A stretch of DNA of 64,000 bases from an uncultured delta proteobacterium (GCA_963778655.1 CAVZVA010000012.1:192001-256000), one strand, 5' to 3'; positions 1 through 11,812 are shown, counted from the stretch's first letter. Notes: generated from the letters alone by a model not told the origin. Numbers and translations are program-made.

Positions 1-36
1 GGCCTGTGGACCCGGCGAGCGGGGCTGGCGTGCCGG

Positions 37-465
37 TTACAGGCCGCGCAGGTAGGGGGCGCGCGCTTGCTGCTTGGCGTCGCTGTTGGCGCCGGAGGTG
101 CTTGCGGCCGGCGTCGCCGCGCTGCTCGGGGGCGGCTTCTCGGGCATGTCGTAGCCTTCGTCGCGCTGGTGGCCGACCATCGCGCCCACAATCGCGCCGA
201 CCACGGTGCCGATCGCCGCACCGGCTGCGATCGAGCTGCCCTCGGACAGCGCGATGTCGCCCTTCGACCCGAGCAGGTTCTTGTCGCTGACCAGCACGCC
301 CGTGCCGGCGCCCAGCGCCAGGCCGGTGGCCGCGCCGATCGCCGCGCCGCGCGTCACCTTGGCGCTGACGCAGCCGTCGAGCAGCAGCAGCGCGGTCAGG
401 GTGGCGGCCATGCGGGCCGCGAGCCGGACATGAGGATGGGAAGTGCGGAGGCTGATGCTCATCAT
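37..465 (-). CDS. Glycine-zipper lipoprotein (hypothetical)
   Basis: Lipobox-like LLLLDGC, then two GAAIG..G glycine-zipper helices; GGAGG upstream. Start could also be 462 or 411. Confidence 0.65.
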   Translation of the reverse strand: MMSISLRTSHPHVRLAARMAATLTALLLLDGCVSAKVTRGAAIGAATGLALGAGTGVLVSDKNLLGSKGDIALSEGSSIAAGAAIGTVVGAIVGAMVGHQRDEGYDMPEKPPPSSAATPAASTSGANSDAKQQARAPYLRGL

Positions 466-585
466 GCTGGCTGCCTCCAGTATCACAAGGCGGCGGCGTC
501 AGGAAGTGGGCTCGGTTGGCTCGGCGAAAAAGCCGCTTGTCCTGCGCGCTCAGCCCTGCGGCGGCCCGAGCAGGGGCGCGCCACC

Positions 586-2127
<1,542 letters not shown>

Positions 2128-2301
2128 GCCGGTGCCCAGCTGTAGTTGTAGCTGCGCCCCGCCGCCACCGGCGCAAGTCCTGCCCAACGGCCAGGGGTCG
2201 GGCAACTCGGCCAGAGGTGGCCATGCCGGGCCCAGCAAATTGCTGTATGATAGTTAAAATTTACCAAAGCTGTGGGGTAGGGCGGTCGGTGTAGGGGTCG
2301 G

Positions 2302-4461
2302 GTGAAGCGGATGCAGGGACGAACACGCACCTATGGCGGGCTGCGGTTGCTGGTCGGATTGGGCACCCTTGCCGCGGCGGGCTGGGGCTGTAGCGGCGGC
2401 GGAGCCGGCGCCAAGCGAGATGCCGGGGCCGGCAGGCCGACCGGCGAGATGCAAGGGTCGGCCGACGCCTCGGCGGTCGGGCAGGGTGACGGGGGCTCCA
2501 GCTCGTCCGGCACGGCGACCGACGCCGGCGGCGGATCTGGAGACGCCATGGCTGCGACGCTCGACGGCGGCGCGGACGCGTCGCAGCCGGTGCGCTGCGG
2601 AGACGGCGCGCTCGGGCAGGGCGAGGGCTGCGACGACGGCAACACGCGCGACGGGGACGGCTGCAGCGCGAGCTGCCAGCTGGAGGCCGGCTGGCAATGC
2701 CCCGCGCCGAACGCGCCGTGTAGCGAGGTCTGCGGCGACGGAATGGTGGTGGGCAGCGAGGCCTGCGACGACCAGAACCAGGTCGACGACGACTACTGCA
2801 GCAACGACTGCCGCAACCAGGGCAGCTGCGGCGACCAGCTGGTTCAGGCCGGCGCCGGTGAGGACTGCGACGACGGCAACGCGGTGACCGAGGCCTGTGC
2901 CTACAGCGACACCAGCTGCGTGGTATGCGCCGAGGATTGCAAGAAGGGGCCGGGCATCGTCAGCCAGTGCGGCGATGGCCAGATCGACGCCGACAGCGGC
3001 GAGCAATGCGACGATGGCAATGCCACGACCGAGACCTGCGACTACGGGCTGACGAGCTGCACGGTCTGTGACCAGGGCTGCCAGAACGCGGCCGGCGCGA
3101 CCAGCTACTGCGGCGACGGCGTCATCGACGTTGCGAACGGCGAGGAGTGCGACGACCACGGCACGACGTCCGGAGACGGTTGCGACGCGAGCTGCCACGT
3201 CGAGTACGTGGCGAGCTGCGGCAACGGGGTGGTGGATGCCAGCGCGGGCGAGACCTGCGACGACGGCAACACGGCCAACCTGGACGGCTGCAGCGCGGCC
3301 TGCAGGATCGAGAACGGCTGGACCTGTCCCACGGTCAACGCGCGCTGCGTGGAGACATGCGGCGATACGCTCGTGGTCGGCGACGAGGTGTGCGACGACG
3401 GCAACCAGGTCGACGACGACTACTGCAGCAACGACTGCCGCAGCAAGAGGCGCTGCGGCGACGGCACGACGCAGGCCGGCGCCGGGGAGCAATGCGATGA
3501 CGGCAATACCACGACCGAGAGTTGTGATTACCAGCTGACGAGCTGCACGGTGTGCGACTCGAGCTGTCACAATGCGGCCGGCGCGACCAGCTACTGCGGT
3601 GACGGCGTCGTCGACGCCGCGAACGGCGAGGAGTGCGAGCCGGGCAGCGACATCCGCTGCGGCAGCGACTGCAAGATCGACTGCGACACGGTGTACATCA
3701 CCTACGCCACGACCGGCAACTTGCAGCTCACCGGCACCACGCTGGGGCTGGGCGACGGCAACTACCCGCAGACCGGCGGCACGCTGATCGTGGGGCTGCG
3801 AGCGGGCCCCAGCGGTCCGATCGCGGGCAGCGGCGCGGTCGCGTACTACCGCTTCCCAATCGCGTTCACGCAGAACATCAACGCCGGCATTTTCGGCAGC
3901 GCGACGGTAGTCACCGACATCGTGGGCACCTCCAGCGTGTGCACCGGGGCTTCTCCCGGCACCTGCGTACCGGCGCCGGATTCCAGCAATCGCTGCTTCT
4001 TGGGCGCCGGAACGCTTGTGCTCTCTGCGGCGACCGGGTCGTTTCCGAATCTGCTGTCGTGGGGCGCCTGCCCGTATGGGGCACACCACGGGACCAACGA
4101 TTGGACCCCCGACGACCAGCAAGTGTCGATGGGCATGGGTCCGGGCTGTCTCGAGTACAGCTCGCAAGGCACGATCGATTGCAACGGCAGCCTGTGCGCC
4201 AACGCCGGGCTGACCTCGGGCGTGACCACGACGGTCGACGACCAGTGGGACCAGCCGGGCGCCACGCTCGAGTTCAGCGCCGACTTCAAGTCCGTGCGCT
4301 CGCGCGCGCTGGGCTTGAACAACGGCAACGGCGTCCCCAACGACAAGTTCGAGGTGCCCGAACGCATCGTCGCGCGCACCTGGATCAACTTCGACGGCAC
4401 CGAGACCGGCCGCAGCTGCGAGAGCAAGCCCACCAACTGTCCGCCGCCGGGCGCCTACTAA
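2302..4461 (+). CDS. Secreted lipoprotein with Myxococcus cysteine-rich (DUF4215-type) repeats
   Basis: Lipobox-like AGWGC; many CGDG..GE.CDDGN..DGCS..C repeats; non-repetitive C-terminal domain. Confidence 0.88.
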   Translation: MKRMQGRTRTYGGLRLLVGLGTLAAAGWGCSGGGAGAKRDAGAGRPTGEMQGSADASAVGQGDGGSSSSGTATDAGGGSGDAMAATLDGGADASQPVRCGDGALGQGEGCDDGNTRDGDGCSASCQLEAGWQCPAPNAPCSEVCGDGMVVGSEACDDQNQVDDDYCSNDCRNQGSCGDQLVQAGAGEDCDDGNAVTEACAYSDTSCVVCAEDCKKGPGIVSQCGDGQIDADSGEQCDDGNATTETCDYGLTSCTVCDQGCQNAAGATSYCGDGVIDVANGEECDDHGTTSGDGCDASCHVEYVASCGNGVVDASAGETCDDGNTANLDGCSAACRIENGWTCPTVNARCVETCGDTLVVGDEVCDDGNQVDDDYCSNDCRSKRRCGDGTTQAGAGEQCDDGNTTTESCDYQLTSCTVCDSSCHNAAGATSYCGDGVVDAANGEECEPGSDIRCGSDCKIDCDTVYITYATTGNLQLTGTTLGLGDGNYPQTGGTLIVGLRAGPSGPIAGSGAVAYYRFPIAFTQNINAGIFGSATVVTDIVGTSSVCTGASPGTCVPAPDSSNRCFLGAGTLVLSAATGSFPNLLSWGACPYGAHHGTNDWTPDDQQVSMGMGPGCLEYSSQGTIDCNGSLCANAGLTSGVTTTVDDQWDQPGATLEFSADFKSVRSRALGLNNGNGVPNDKFEVPERIVARTWINFDGTETGRSCESKPTNCPPPGAY

Positions 4462-4649
4462 ATCAGAGCTCGCGATTCGGGATCGAATCACAAACTCTGA
4501 TTTCTGCTTTGATTGTCAGGGAGTTGCGCCGACTCCCTGTGCGCGAGGCAAAGCCTCGCGCATTCACCCTCTCGCGGTGGTGCGGGATCCGCCGCACCGC
4601 TAAATGACCGATCGGCATGGCCGTTCCCGAATCGTGATCGGTCATTTGG
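4458..4649. mobile_element. 192-bp MITE-like element, family A, copy 1
   Basis: Near-identical inverted copies at 18720-18911 and 40535-40726; imperfect ~28-bp terminal inverted repeats (TIRs) CTAAAT-N6-TC(A/G)CGATTCGGGA(A/T)CG; several internal hairpins. Confidence 0.85.
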
Positions 4650-4675
4650 CGGCGCTCGGGACCTGCAGCAGGGAG

Positions 4676-5398
4676 CTACGTCAGGCGCAGGTCGGCGAGC
4701 AGGGGCAGGTGGTCCGAGAGCTCGGACCAGGGCTCGCCTTCGAGCCGCTCGGCGCGCACCACCTCGGCGTCGCGCACGTAGATCCGGTCGAGCGCGAACA
4801 CGGGCCGGCGCGCGTGCCAGGTGCGCACCGCCTGCGGATCGTGCGTTGCGAAGGCATTGCGGAAACCGAGATGGCCGACGATCAAAGGGTCGAGCTCGCG
4901 CCGCCAGTCGTTGAAGTCGCCGGCCAGCAGCACCGGCTCGCCTCGCCGGCACACCTCGCCGAGCACTGCCGCGATTTGCCGGACCTGGCTCAAGCGCTGC
5001 CAGCCGTTGAGGCCGAGGTGCACGTTGAACACGTGCAGCGGCTTGCCGTCGGCCGCGAGCCGCACGTAGAGCGCGCCGCGGCGCTCGATGCGGTTGGTGG
5101 AGATGTCGTGGTTGGCGAAGCGTTCGACCTTGAGCCGCGTGAGCGTGGTGTTGCCGTGGTGCCCGATCGCCCGGAATTTGTTGGCGCCGTAGTAGCTTTC
5201 CAGACCCATCGCTTCGGCCAGGTGGCCGCTCTGCGAGGCCCCGGTGTGGCTCGAGTGAAATACCTCCTGGCACAACACGACGTCAGCGTCATGCGCAGCC
5301 AGCGCGCGGCCCAGCGCCGCCATCTGCACCGCGGCGCGTCCGTTGGCTCCCTTGCCCTTGCGGATGTTGTACGTAATCACGCGCACTTGGGCGACCAC
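4676..5398 (-). CDS. Endonuclease/exonuclease/phosphatase family protein (YbhP-like)
   Basis: TYNI, LCQEV, HGN, NVHL, AGDFN, LDRIY and SDHLP motifs; GTG start at 5398 or 5386. Confidence 0.88.
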   Translation of the reverse strand: MVAQVRVITYNIRKGKGANGRAAVQMAALGRALAAHDADVVLCQEVFHSSHTGASQSGHLAEAMGLESYYGANKFRAIGHHGNTTLTRLKVERFANHDISTNRIERRGALYVRLAADGKPLHVFNVHLGLNGWQRLSQVRQIAAVLGEVCRRGEPVLLAGDFNDWRRELDPLIVGHLGFRNAFATHDPQAVRTWHARRPVFALDRIYVRDAEVVRAERLEGEPWSELSDHLPLLADLRLT

Positions 5399-5640
5399 GG
5401 GACGACTTCTGCTGGTTGCTGCGGCTAGTACCTCGCCACAGGGGATCTGATCGGTCGATGGCGCAGGGTTTCGGCCTCGTGGCAAGGCGCGCGGGCGCAG
5501 GAATACTCGACTGCATTTCAAGCCCGCGCAACGCCGCCACGGGGTCGAAGAACAAGCCAGGAACCGGCCAAGTCCCCTGTGTCGAGGTACCAGGAGACGT
5601 GTCGAAGTATAAGCACGGAGCGGGCCCGCGGCGAGAGCGA

Positions 5641-6846
5641 ATGCGGGTACCCTGGCCGGGCTGGGGCGAGAAGCGGTACGCAACCCTGCCCCCTGCCCGG
5701 CGAAGCCCGGACACCTACGGTCGCCAGATGCCACACGCGATGTTGCCCGGCAATCGGGTCGAGCTGCTGCACGATGGCGACGCGTGTCTGTCCGCGATGC
5801 TGCGAGCGATCGAAGGCGCGCGACGCGAGGTGCTGCTGGAGATGTACTGGTTCGGCTCGGACCAGACCGGCACTCGCTTCGCCCGCGCGCTGCAGGCCAA
5901 GGCACGCGAGGGCGTGCGGGTGTGCGTGAGCTTCGACGCGCTGGGCAGCTTCGAGACCGACCGCGGCATGTTCGAGCGGATGCGGTGCGACGGCTGCGAT
6001 GTGTACGAGTTCAATCCGGTGCGCCTGTTGCGCGGGAGCGTGAGCTTTGCCGGGCTGAACCGGCGCGATCACCGCAAGCTGTTGGTGGTGGACGGTCGGG
6101 TCGGATTCACCGGCGGGGTCAATCTGGCCGATCCCTGGGCCTCGGAGGCGGCCGGCGGCCAGGGCTTTCGCGACGACGCGGTCTCGATCGAGGGGCCGGC
6201 GGTGCCGGCCATGCGCGCGATCTTCCTGCGGTCCTTCCGCGGTGCGCTGCGCGAGCAGGCGCTCGCCGATCCCTTGGGCGGCGGCGAGCCGGTCGGCCAG
6301 AGCCGCGTGCGTGTGATGACCAACGAGCGGCGTGAGGACAGGCACCTGATCGAGCGCGCCTACCTGCACCGGATCCGCACCGCGCGCGAGCGTATCCTGA
6401 TCACCAACAGCTATTTCATTCCGGGGCGCCTGGTCAGGCGCGCGCTGAGGGACGCCGTGCGGCGCGGAATCAAGGTGCGGGTGCTGTTGCCGGTCGAGAG
6501 CGACGTGCCGATCGTCACCTATGCCACCCATCGCCTCTACGGGTCGCTGCTCAAGCGCGGCGTCGAGCTCTACGAGTGGAGCCAGAGCATCCTGCACGCC
6601 AAGACCGCGGTCGTCGATGGCCGCTGGTGTACCGTCGGCACGTACAACCTCGACTACCGTTCTTGGGCCTACAACCTCGAGATCAACGTTGCGATCGAGG
6701 ATCCGGCCGTCGCGGGCCAGCTCGAAGCGCGCACCCAGCGCGACATGGACCAGTCGGTGCGTGTGGACGCGTACACCTGGCGCTTCCGCCCGCTCGGCGT
6801 GCGCGTGCTCGAGGAGCTCTCCTATCGCTTCCGGCGCGTGCTGTGA
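5641..6846 (+). CDS. clsB: Cardiolipin synthase (ClsB-type phospholipase D)
   Basis: Two HKD motifs (DHRKLLVVDG..GGVN; HAKTAVVDG..GTYN) and no N-terminal TM helices. Start 5641 or 5728. Confidence 0.82.
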   Translation: MRVPWPGWGEKRYATLPPARRSPDTYGRQMPHAMLPGNRVELLHDGDACLSAMLRAIEGARREVLLEMYWFGSDQTGTRFARALQAKAREGVRVCVSFDALGSFETDRGMFERMRCDGCDVYEFNPVRLLRGSVSFAGLNRRDHRKLLVVDGRVGFTGGVNLADPWASEAAGGQGFRDDAVSIEGPAVPAMRAIFLRSFRGALREQALADPLGGGEPVGQSRVRVMTNERREDRHLIERAYLHRIRTARERILITNSYFIPGRLVRRALRDAVRRGIKVRVLLPVESDVPIVTYATHRLYGSLLKRGVELYEWSQSILHAKTAVVDGRWCTVGTYNLDYRSWAYNLEINVAIEDPAVAGQLEARTQRDMDQSVRVDAYTWRFRPLGVRVLEELSYRFRRVL

Positions 6847-6865
6847 GCGGGGCGGCCGGGAGCGT

Positions 6866-6929
6866 GAATCAGGAAGGCGGGAAGACGGGAAAATTGTTGG
6901 AACAAGCGTCTTCCCGCCCTGCCGTGATC
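6866..6929. repeat. REP-like imperfect palindrome, family D (GGAAGGCG/GGAAGACG 8-bp periodic arms)
   Basis: AGGAAGGCGGGAAGACGGGAA...GTCTTCCCGCC; between convergent clsB and dnaK; six similar elements elsewhere in the window. Confidence 0.65.
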
Positions 6930-6952
6930 CGCCGAGATCGAGGCTGCCAGCC

Positions 6953-8863
6953 TCAGGCTGCCCTGGAGCCGCCGTCGCCTTCCTCGAACTCGGCGTCGAT
7001 GACGTCGTCCTGCTTCTTGTCGGCCGCGGCGGGGCCGCCATCCTCGGGCGTGCCGGGCTGTCCGGCCGTGGCGTAGGCCTGCTGGGCGATCTCGGTCATC
7101 AGCTTTTCCAGCTTCTCGCTGCCGCGCGCGATGGCTTCGTGCTCCTGCTTGTCGATCGCCGCGCGCAGCTCCGTGACCACCCCGCGCGCCTCGGCCACCT
7201 TGTCGGCCGGCAGCTTGTCCTTGCCTTCCTCCAGCGCCTTCTCCACCTGGTAGCACAACTGGTCGGCCCGGTTGCGCTGCTCGATCTGCTCGCGCCGCTG
7301 TTTGTCCTCGGCCTCGTGCTGCTTGCCTTCCTCGACCATCTTGTCGACCTCGCTGTCGGACAAGCCGCTGTTGGCCGTGATCGTGATCTTCTGGTCCTTG
7401 CCCGTGGCCTCGTCGCGCGCCGTCACCGACAGGATCCCGTTGGCGTCGATGTCGAAGGTCACCTTCACCTTGGGCACCCCTCGCGGCGCCGGCAGGATGC
7501 CCTCCAGGTGGAAGCGCCCCAGCGTACGGTTGCTGCGCGCCTCGGCGCGCTCACCCTGCAGCACGTGGATCTCCACCTTCGTCTGCCCGTCCTCGGCCGT
7601 CGAGAAGGCCTCCTCGCGCCGCGTCGGGATGGTGGTGTTGCGCGGGATCAGCGCCGTCATCACCCCGCCCAGCGTCTCGACCCCCAGCGACAGCGGCGTC
7701 ACGTCCAGCAGCACCATGTCCTTGACGTCGCCCGACAGCACCCCGGCCTGCACCGCCGCTCCAATCGCCACCACCTCGTCGGGGTTGACGCCCTTGTGCG
7801 GTTCCTTGCCGAAGAACTTCTTGACCGACTCCTGCACCATCGGGATGCGCGTGCTGCCCCCGACCAGCACCACCTCGTCGATCTCCCCAGGCCGCTTGTT
7901 GGCGTCCGCCAGTGCCTTCTTGGTCGGCTCCAGCGTGCGCTGCACCAAGTCCTCGATCATCTGTTCCAGCTTCGCCCGCGTCAGCTTCAGGTTCAGGTGC
8001 TTGGGTCCCGACGCGTCCGCGGTCAGAAACGGCAGGTTGATCGTCGTCTCCAGCTTGCTCGAGAGCTCGATCTTCGCCTTCTCCGCCGCGTCCTTGAGCC
8101 GCTGGACCACCATCTTGTCGCTGCGGACGTCGATCCCCTGGTCCTTCTTGAACTCCGCTACCAGGTAGTCGATCACCCGGTTGTCCACGTCGTCGCCTCC
8201 CAGCGAGGTGTCGCCGTTGGTGCTGATCACCTGCACCACGTTGTCGCTCACCTCCAGGATCGAGATGTCGAACGTGCCGCCCCCGAAGTCGTAGACCGCG
8301 ATCACCTCCTCGTTCTTCTTGTCCAACCCGTACGCCAGCGCCGCCGCCGTCGGCTCGTTCACGATGCGCTTGACCTCCAGCCCCGCGATCTTGCCCGCGT
8401 CCTTGGTCGCCTGCCGCTGGCTGTCGTTGAAGTACGCCGGGACCGTGATCACCGCCTCCGTGACCTCTTCCCCCAGGTAGTTCTCCGCCGCTCGCTTGAG
8501 CTTGCGCAGAACGTGTGCGCTCACTTCCGGCGGGCTCACCTGCTTGCCACGCACCTCGAACGCGCAGTCGCCGTTGTCTCGCCGAACCACCTTGAACGGC
8601 ACCCGCTTGAAGTCGTCGGGCTGCACCTCGTCGTAGCGCCGTCCGATGAAGCGCTTGGCCGAGTAGATCGTGCCCTCCGGGTTCGTGATCGCCTGCCGCT
8701 TCGCGATCTGACCCGCCAGCACCTCCCCCTGCTCGTCCCACGCCACCACCGACGGCGTGATCCGGTCCCCCTCCTCGTTGACGATCACCTTGGGCTCCTT
8801 GCCCTCCATGATCGCCACCACCGAGTTCGTGGTCCCCAGGTCGATGCCGATGATCTTTCCCAT
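6953..8863 (-). CDS. dnaK: Molecular chaperone DnaK (Hsp70)
   Basis: [42 protein letters not shown] and a C-terminal DAEFEE; GGAG RBS. Confidence 0.98.
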   Translation of the reverse strand: MGKIIGIDLGTTNSVVAIMEGKEPKVIVNEEGDRITPSVVAWDEQGEVLAGQIAKRQAITNPEGTIYSAKRFIGRRYDEVQPDDFKRVPFKVVRRDNGDCAFEVRGKQVSPPEVSAHVLRKLKRAAENYLGEEVTEAVITVPAYFNDSQRQATKDAGKIAGLEVKRIVNEPTAAALAYGLDKKNEEVIAVYDFGGGTFDISILEVSDNVVQVISTNGDTSLGGDDVDNRVIDYLVAEFKKDQGIDVRSDKMVVQRLKDAAEKAKIELSSKLETTINLPFLTADASGPKHLNLKLTRAKLEQMIEDLVQRTLEPTKKALADANKRPGEIDEVVLVGGSTRIPMVQESVKKFFGKEPHKGVNPDEVVAIGAAVQAGVLSGDVKDMVLLDVTPLSLGVETLGGVMTALIPRNTTIPTRREEAFSTAEDGQTKVEIHVLQGERAEARSNRTLGRFHLEGILPAPRGVPKVKVTFDIDANGILSVTARDEATGKDQKITITANSGLSDSEVDKMVEEGKQHEAEDKQRREQIEQRNRADQLCYQVEKALEEGKDKLPADKVAEARGVVTELRAAIDKQEHEAIARGSEKLEKLMTEIAQQAYATAGQPGTPEDGGPAAADKKQDDVIDAEFEEGDGGSRAA

Positions 8864-8980
8864 GTGCGTGCTCCTACAGGTTGAACGTCAGCACTGGCGC
8901 CGGGCCCTCCTGCCCGCGCGTTCGTGCTGCGATTTTGATGGCCACCGCGGCGCCCACTGCCTCCGCCGTTACCGAATTTC

Positions 8981-9069
8981 AAGCTAATCAGTGTCCCCAG
9001 AAGGTCAAGGGGCAGGCGCTGCGTAGCGGCAGCGCCGAAGGTTGCGCGGGCCGAGGTCGTGTCTAGCTT
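8981..9069. promoter_or_regulatory. Putative divergent sigma70-like promoters for dnaK and hsp20
   Basis: Minus strand: TTGACC-N16-TAGCTT (9008-8981). Plus strand: TTGCGC-N16-TAGCTT (9042-9069). Confidence 0.4.
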
Positions 9070-9120
9070 GATGGGTATCCACCGCGGCCGGTCCCGGCCG
9101 CTCGAAAGGAGGAACCCAAA

Positions 9121-9594
9121 ATGGCCCTACTATCGAAGAGAGAAGAGCGCACCTGGGACCCGTTCCGGGAGCTGCGCGACATGTCTGATCGGCTCAACCG
9201 CGTATTTGCCGGCGACCCGTTCATGCTGCGCGGTCAGGGCGAAGGTCAGACCCTGGCCGGAATCGACTGGGCGCCCTCAGTGAACATCAGCGAGAACGAC
9301 AAGGCGTACCTCGTGCGCGCCGACTTGCCCGAGGTCAAGAAGGAAGACGTCAAGCTCAGCTGCGAGAAGGGCGTGCTGACGATCGAGGGCGAGCGCAAGC
9401 AGCAGAAGACCGAGGAGAACGAGCGTTTTCACCGCGTCGAGAGCAGCTACGGCCGCTTCATGCGTAGCTTCACGCTTCCCGACGAAGTCGACGAGAACGC
9501 AATCGAGGCCAACTTCAAGGACGGCAGCTTGACCGTGCGCATCCCGAAGGCACCGGCCAAGCCGCCCAAGATGCGCCAGATCAAGATCGGCTGA
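9121..9594 (+). CDS. Small heat-shock protein (Hsp20/alpha-crystallin)
   Basis: WAPSVNISE, ADLPEV, GVLTIEGER, ESSYGRFMRSFTLP, FKDGSL and a C-terminal IKI; strong AAGGAGG RBS. Confidence 0.95.
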   Translation: MALLSKREERTWDPFRELRDMSDRLNRVFAGDPFMLRGQGEGQTLAGIDWAPSVNISENDKAYLVRADLPEVKKEDVKLSCEKGVLTIEGERKQQKTEENERFHRVESSYGRFMRSFTLPDEVDENAIEANFKDGSLTVRIPKAPAKPPKMRQIKIG

Positions 9595-9674
9595 GCGCCG
9601 GCGGCCAAGCGGCCGGCGGGCTCCCACCGCGCTGTCGTTGCGGGAGGGTCGCCGCCCTCTCGCCGGGAGCCGGG

Positions 9675-10103
9675 TCAGGCGGCCGGCCGCACACAGAGCA
9701 CCGGGCAGCCGGCGTGGTGGAGCACGTGCTCGGCCACTCGCCCCATCAGTCCGGGCACACATGGCGAGCTGCCGCGGGTGCCAATTGCGATCAGGTCGTA
9801 GTGGTGATCGCGGGCGTACGCGCAGATCGTCGGCCCCGGGCGATCCTCCGCAAGCACGATCGTGGTGCGTGCCGCCGCGCCCGAGCGAAGCAGGCGTGAG
9901 CGCATCTCGTCGATCCGGGCCTGAATCTCACCGACCCGCAGCGGGGCCTGGCTGCGGTGTGCGGACCGCGCGTCGCGCACGTGCAGCACGGTCAGCTTGG
10001 GCTCGAACGCCACGGCCAGCGCCTGGACGGCTCCAAACACGGCTTCGGAGGGAGGCGAGAGGTCAGTCGCGATCAGGATTCTGTCCAGCCACAGCGCAGT
10101 CAT
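9675..10103 (-). CDS. Universal stress protein
   Basis: ILIATDLS...DLIAIGTRG...MGRVAEHVLHHAGCPVL. Confidence 0.85.
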   Translation of the reverse strand: MTALWLDRILIATDLSPPSEAVFGAVQALAVAFEPKLTVLHVRDARSAHRSQAPLRVGEIQARIDEMRSRLLRSGAAARTTIVLAEDRPGPTICAYARDHHYDLIAIGTRGSSPCVPGLMGRVAEHVLHHAGCPVLCVRPAA

Positions 10104-10233
10104 CGGCTTGCAAGGCTGTAGCTACGCGCACTTGGGTGTCTGGCAACTGCGGCGAGGTGCCCGTACCGTCGTTGCGCCGCCGCTGGAGTCGGGACAAGAT
10201 GGCCGCGCCCACGAGCGGGCCGGCGAGGCTTCC

Positions 10234-10686
10234 ATGATATCCATCAAGACCATTCTTTGCCCGACCGACTTTTCCGATTGCTCCGGCGCGGCGCTCGCGC
10301 TGGCCACCGACCTGGCCAAGTCGCTGGGCGCGAAGTTGCACGTGCTGCACGTGTTTCAACTTCCGTCGTACGTGGGCTGGGAGGACGGCATGGTCGTGGC
10401 CGCCGCTTCGCTCCAGATCTTGGACCAGCTGCGCAAGCGCGCCGACGAGGCACTCGCCGCGCAGCTGGACGCCTGTCGCAAGGCCGGCGTCGAGGCGAGC
10501 GTGGAGCAGGTCGACGGCCTGCCCTATCACCAGATCGTGCAGCGCTCGCCCAGCTTCGACCTGGTGGTGATGGGCACCCACGGGCGCACCGGGCTGCCGC
10601 GCCTGATGCTTGGCAGCGTCGCCGAGCGCGTGGTCCGCCTCGCCAAGTGCCCGGTCATCACGGTGCCGGCCCCGGCGAAGGGCTGA
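10234..10686 (+). CDS. Universal stress protein
   Basis: ILCPTDFS...DLVVMGTHGRTG..LGSVAERVVRLAKCPV. Confidence 0.92.
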   Translation: MISIKTILCPTDFSDCSGAALALATDLAKSLGAKLHVLHVFQLPSYVGWEDGMVVAAASLQILDQLRKRADEALAAQLDACRKAGVEASVEQVDGLPYHQIVQRSPSFDLVVMGTHGRTGLPRLMLGSVAERVVRLAKCPVITVPAPAKG

Positions 10687-10707
10687 ACACCTTCCCGGCG
10701 GATGCGA

Positions 10708-11157
10708 CTACGGCTCGACGCCCGCGCGCAGGGTGAGCACCGGTACCGAGCAGGCCCGCACCGTGCGCTCGGCGACGCTGCCGAGCGTCCAGCGCGACAG
10801 GCCGGTGCGCCCGTGGGTGCCCATCACCACCAGGTCGAAACCGCGTTCGGCAGCGACTTCCGCGATCTCGCGCCCGGGGTTGCCGTCGACCAGCAGGGTG
10901 TGGATCTCGCCGCCGCGGGCCCGCAAGGAGGCCGCGGTCTGCTCCAGGCGCGCGGCCAACCTCTCCTTGAGGCGGCGCTCGAATTCCGGATCGTCGGGGA
11001 CCACGTCCGGCGCCAGCGCGTAGGCCAGCAGCGGGCACACGTGCAGCACGTGCACCTCGGCGCCCAGCAGGTTTCCGAGGTCCGCCGCCTCCTCCACCGC
11101 CTTGAGCGATAGCTCCGAGAAATCGGTCGGCGCGAGAATCTTCTTGATGCCGGTCAT
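10708..11157 (-). CDS. Universal stress protein
   Basis: ILAPTDFS...DLVVMGTHGRTG..LGSVAERTVR; GGAGG RBS. Confidence 0.92.
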   Translation of the reverse strand: MTGIKKILAPTDFSELSLKAVEEAADLGNLLGAEVHVLHVCPLLAYALAPDVVPDDPEFERRLKERLAARLEQTAASLRARGGEIHTLLVDGNPGREIAEVAAERGFDLVVMGTHGRTGLSRWTLGSVAERTVRACSVPVLTLRAGVEP

Positions 11158-11261
11158 GTTCCTCCCATCGAGCCCGCCGCTCGGTGCCCAATCGATTATA
11201 AGCCCCGGTCAGGCGACGTCATGTGCAGATCCGGGACTGGACCGCTGGCGTACACCGCGGA

Positions 11262-11702
11262 CTACTTGGCCGGCACCGTGAGCACCGGACGCGTCGCGGT
11301 GCGCAGGACCCGATCGGTCACGCTACCCAGGAGCAGGCGAGCGACGCGACTGTGTCCGTGGCTGCCCAGCACGATCAGGTCGACCCCCAGACGCTGCGCG
11401 CTGGCGTTGATGACCTCGTGAGGCACCCCGACCGCCAGCTCGGTGCGGATGGTCACGCCCGGCGTCGCCAGCTCGTCCTTGAGCTGCGCGAGCCTCTGCT
11501 TGAGGTCGTGCCGCAGAGCCTGGGGCAGCTCCTCCACGCGCTGCGGCGCGTGGACGTCGGCCTGGTGCAGCGGGACGTGGTGCACGTGCAGCAGCTCGAT
11601 CTCGGCATTCTGGGGTTGCGCAAGGCTGATCGCATAGCGCGCCGCGACCCGCGCGGTTTCGGAGAAGTCGGTCGGGCAAAGGACCTTCTTGAGCTGTCGC
11701 AT
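11262..11702 (-). CDS. Universal stress protein
   Basis: VLCPTDFS...DLIVLGSHG..LLGSVTDRVLR; start trimmed to the ATG at 11702. Confidence 0.9.
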   Translation of the reverse strand: MRQLKKVLCPTDFSETARVAARYAISLAQPQNAEIELLHVHHVPLHQADVHAPQRVEELPQALRHDLKQRLAQLKDELATPGVTIRTELAVGVPHEVINASAQRLGVDLIVLGSHGHSRVARLLLGSVTDRVLRTATRPVLTVPAK

Positions 11703-11812
11703 ACGTTCACCTGTCCACGCCTGTGAATATAAGCCCGCGCCCGGCCGCTGTCGCCGGCCTGCCCGCGCGGGACGACCCGGGCAGCCCTCTATCACGGTTC
11801 CGAGCCGGGTGC

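Noticed and set aside
6521..8884. 787-aa ORF antisense to dnaK
   Set aside because: Well-known shadow ORF opposite hsp70 genes, often misannotated as NAD-specific glutamate dehydrogenase; explained by codon bias.
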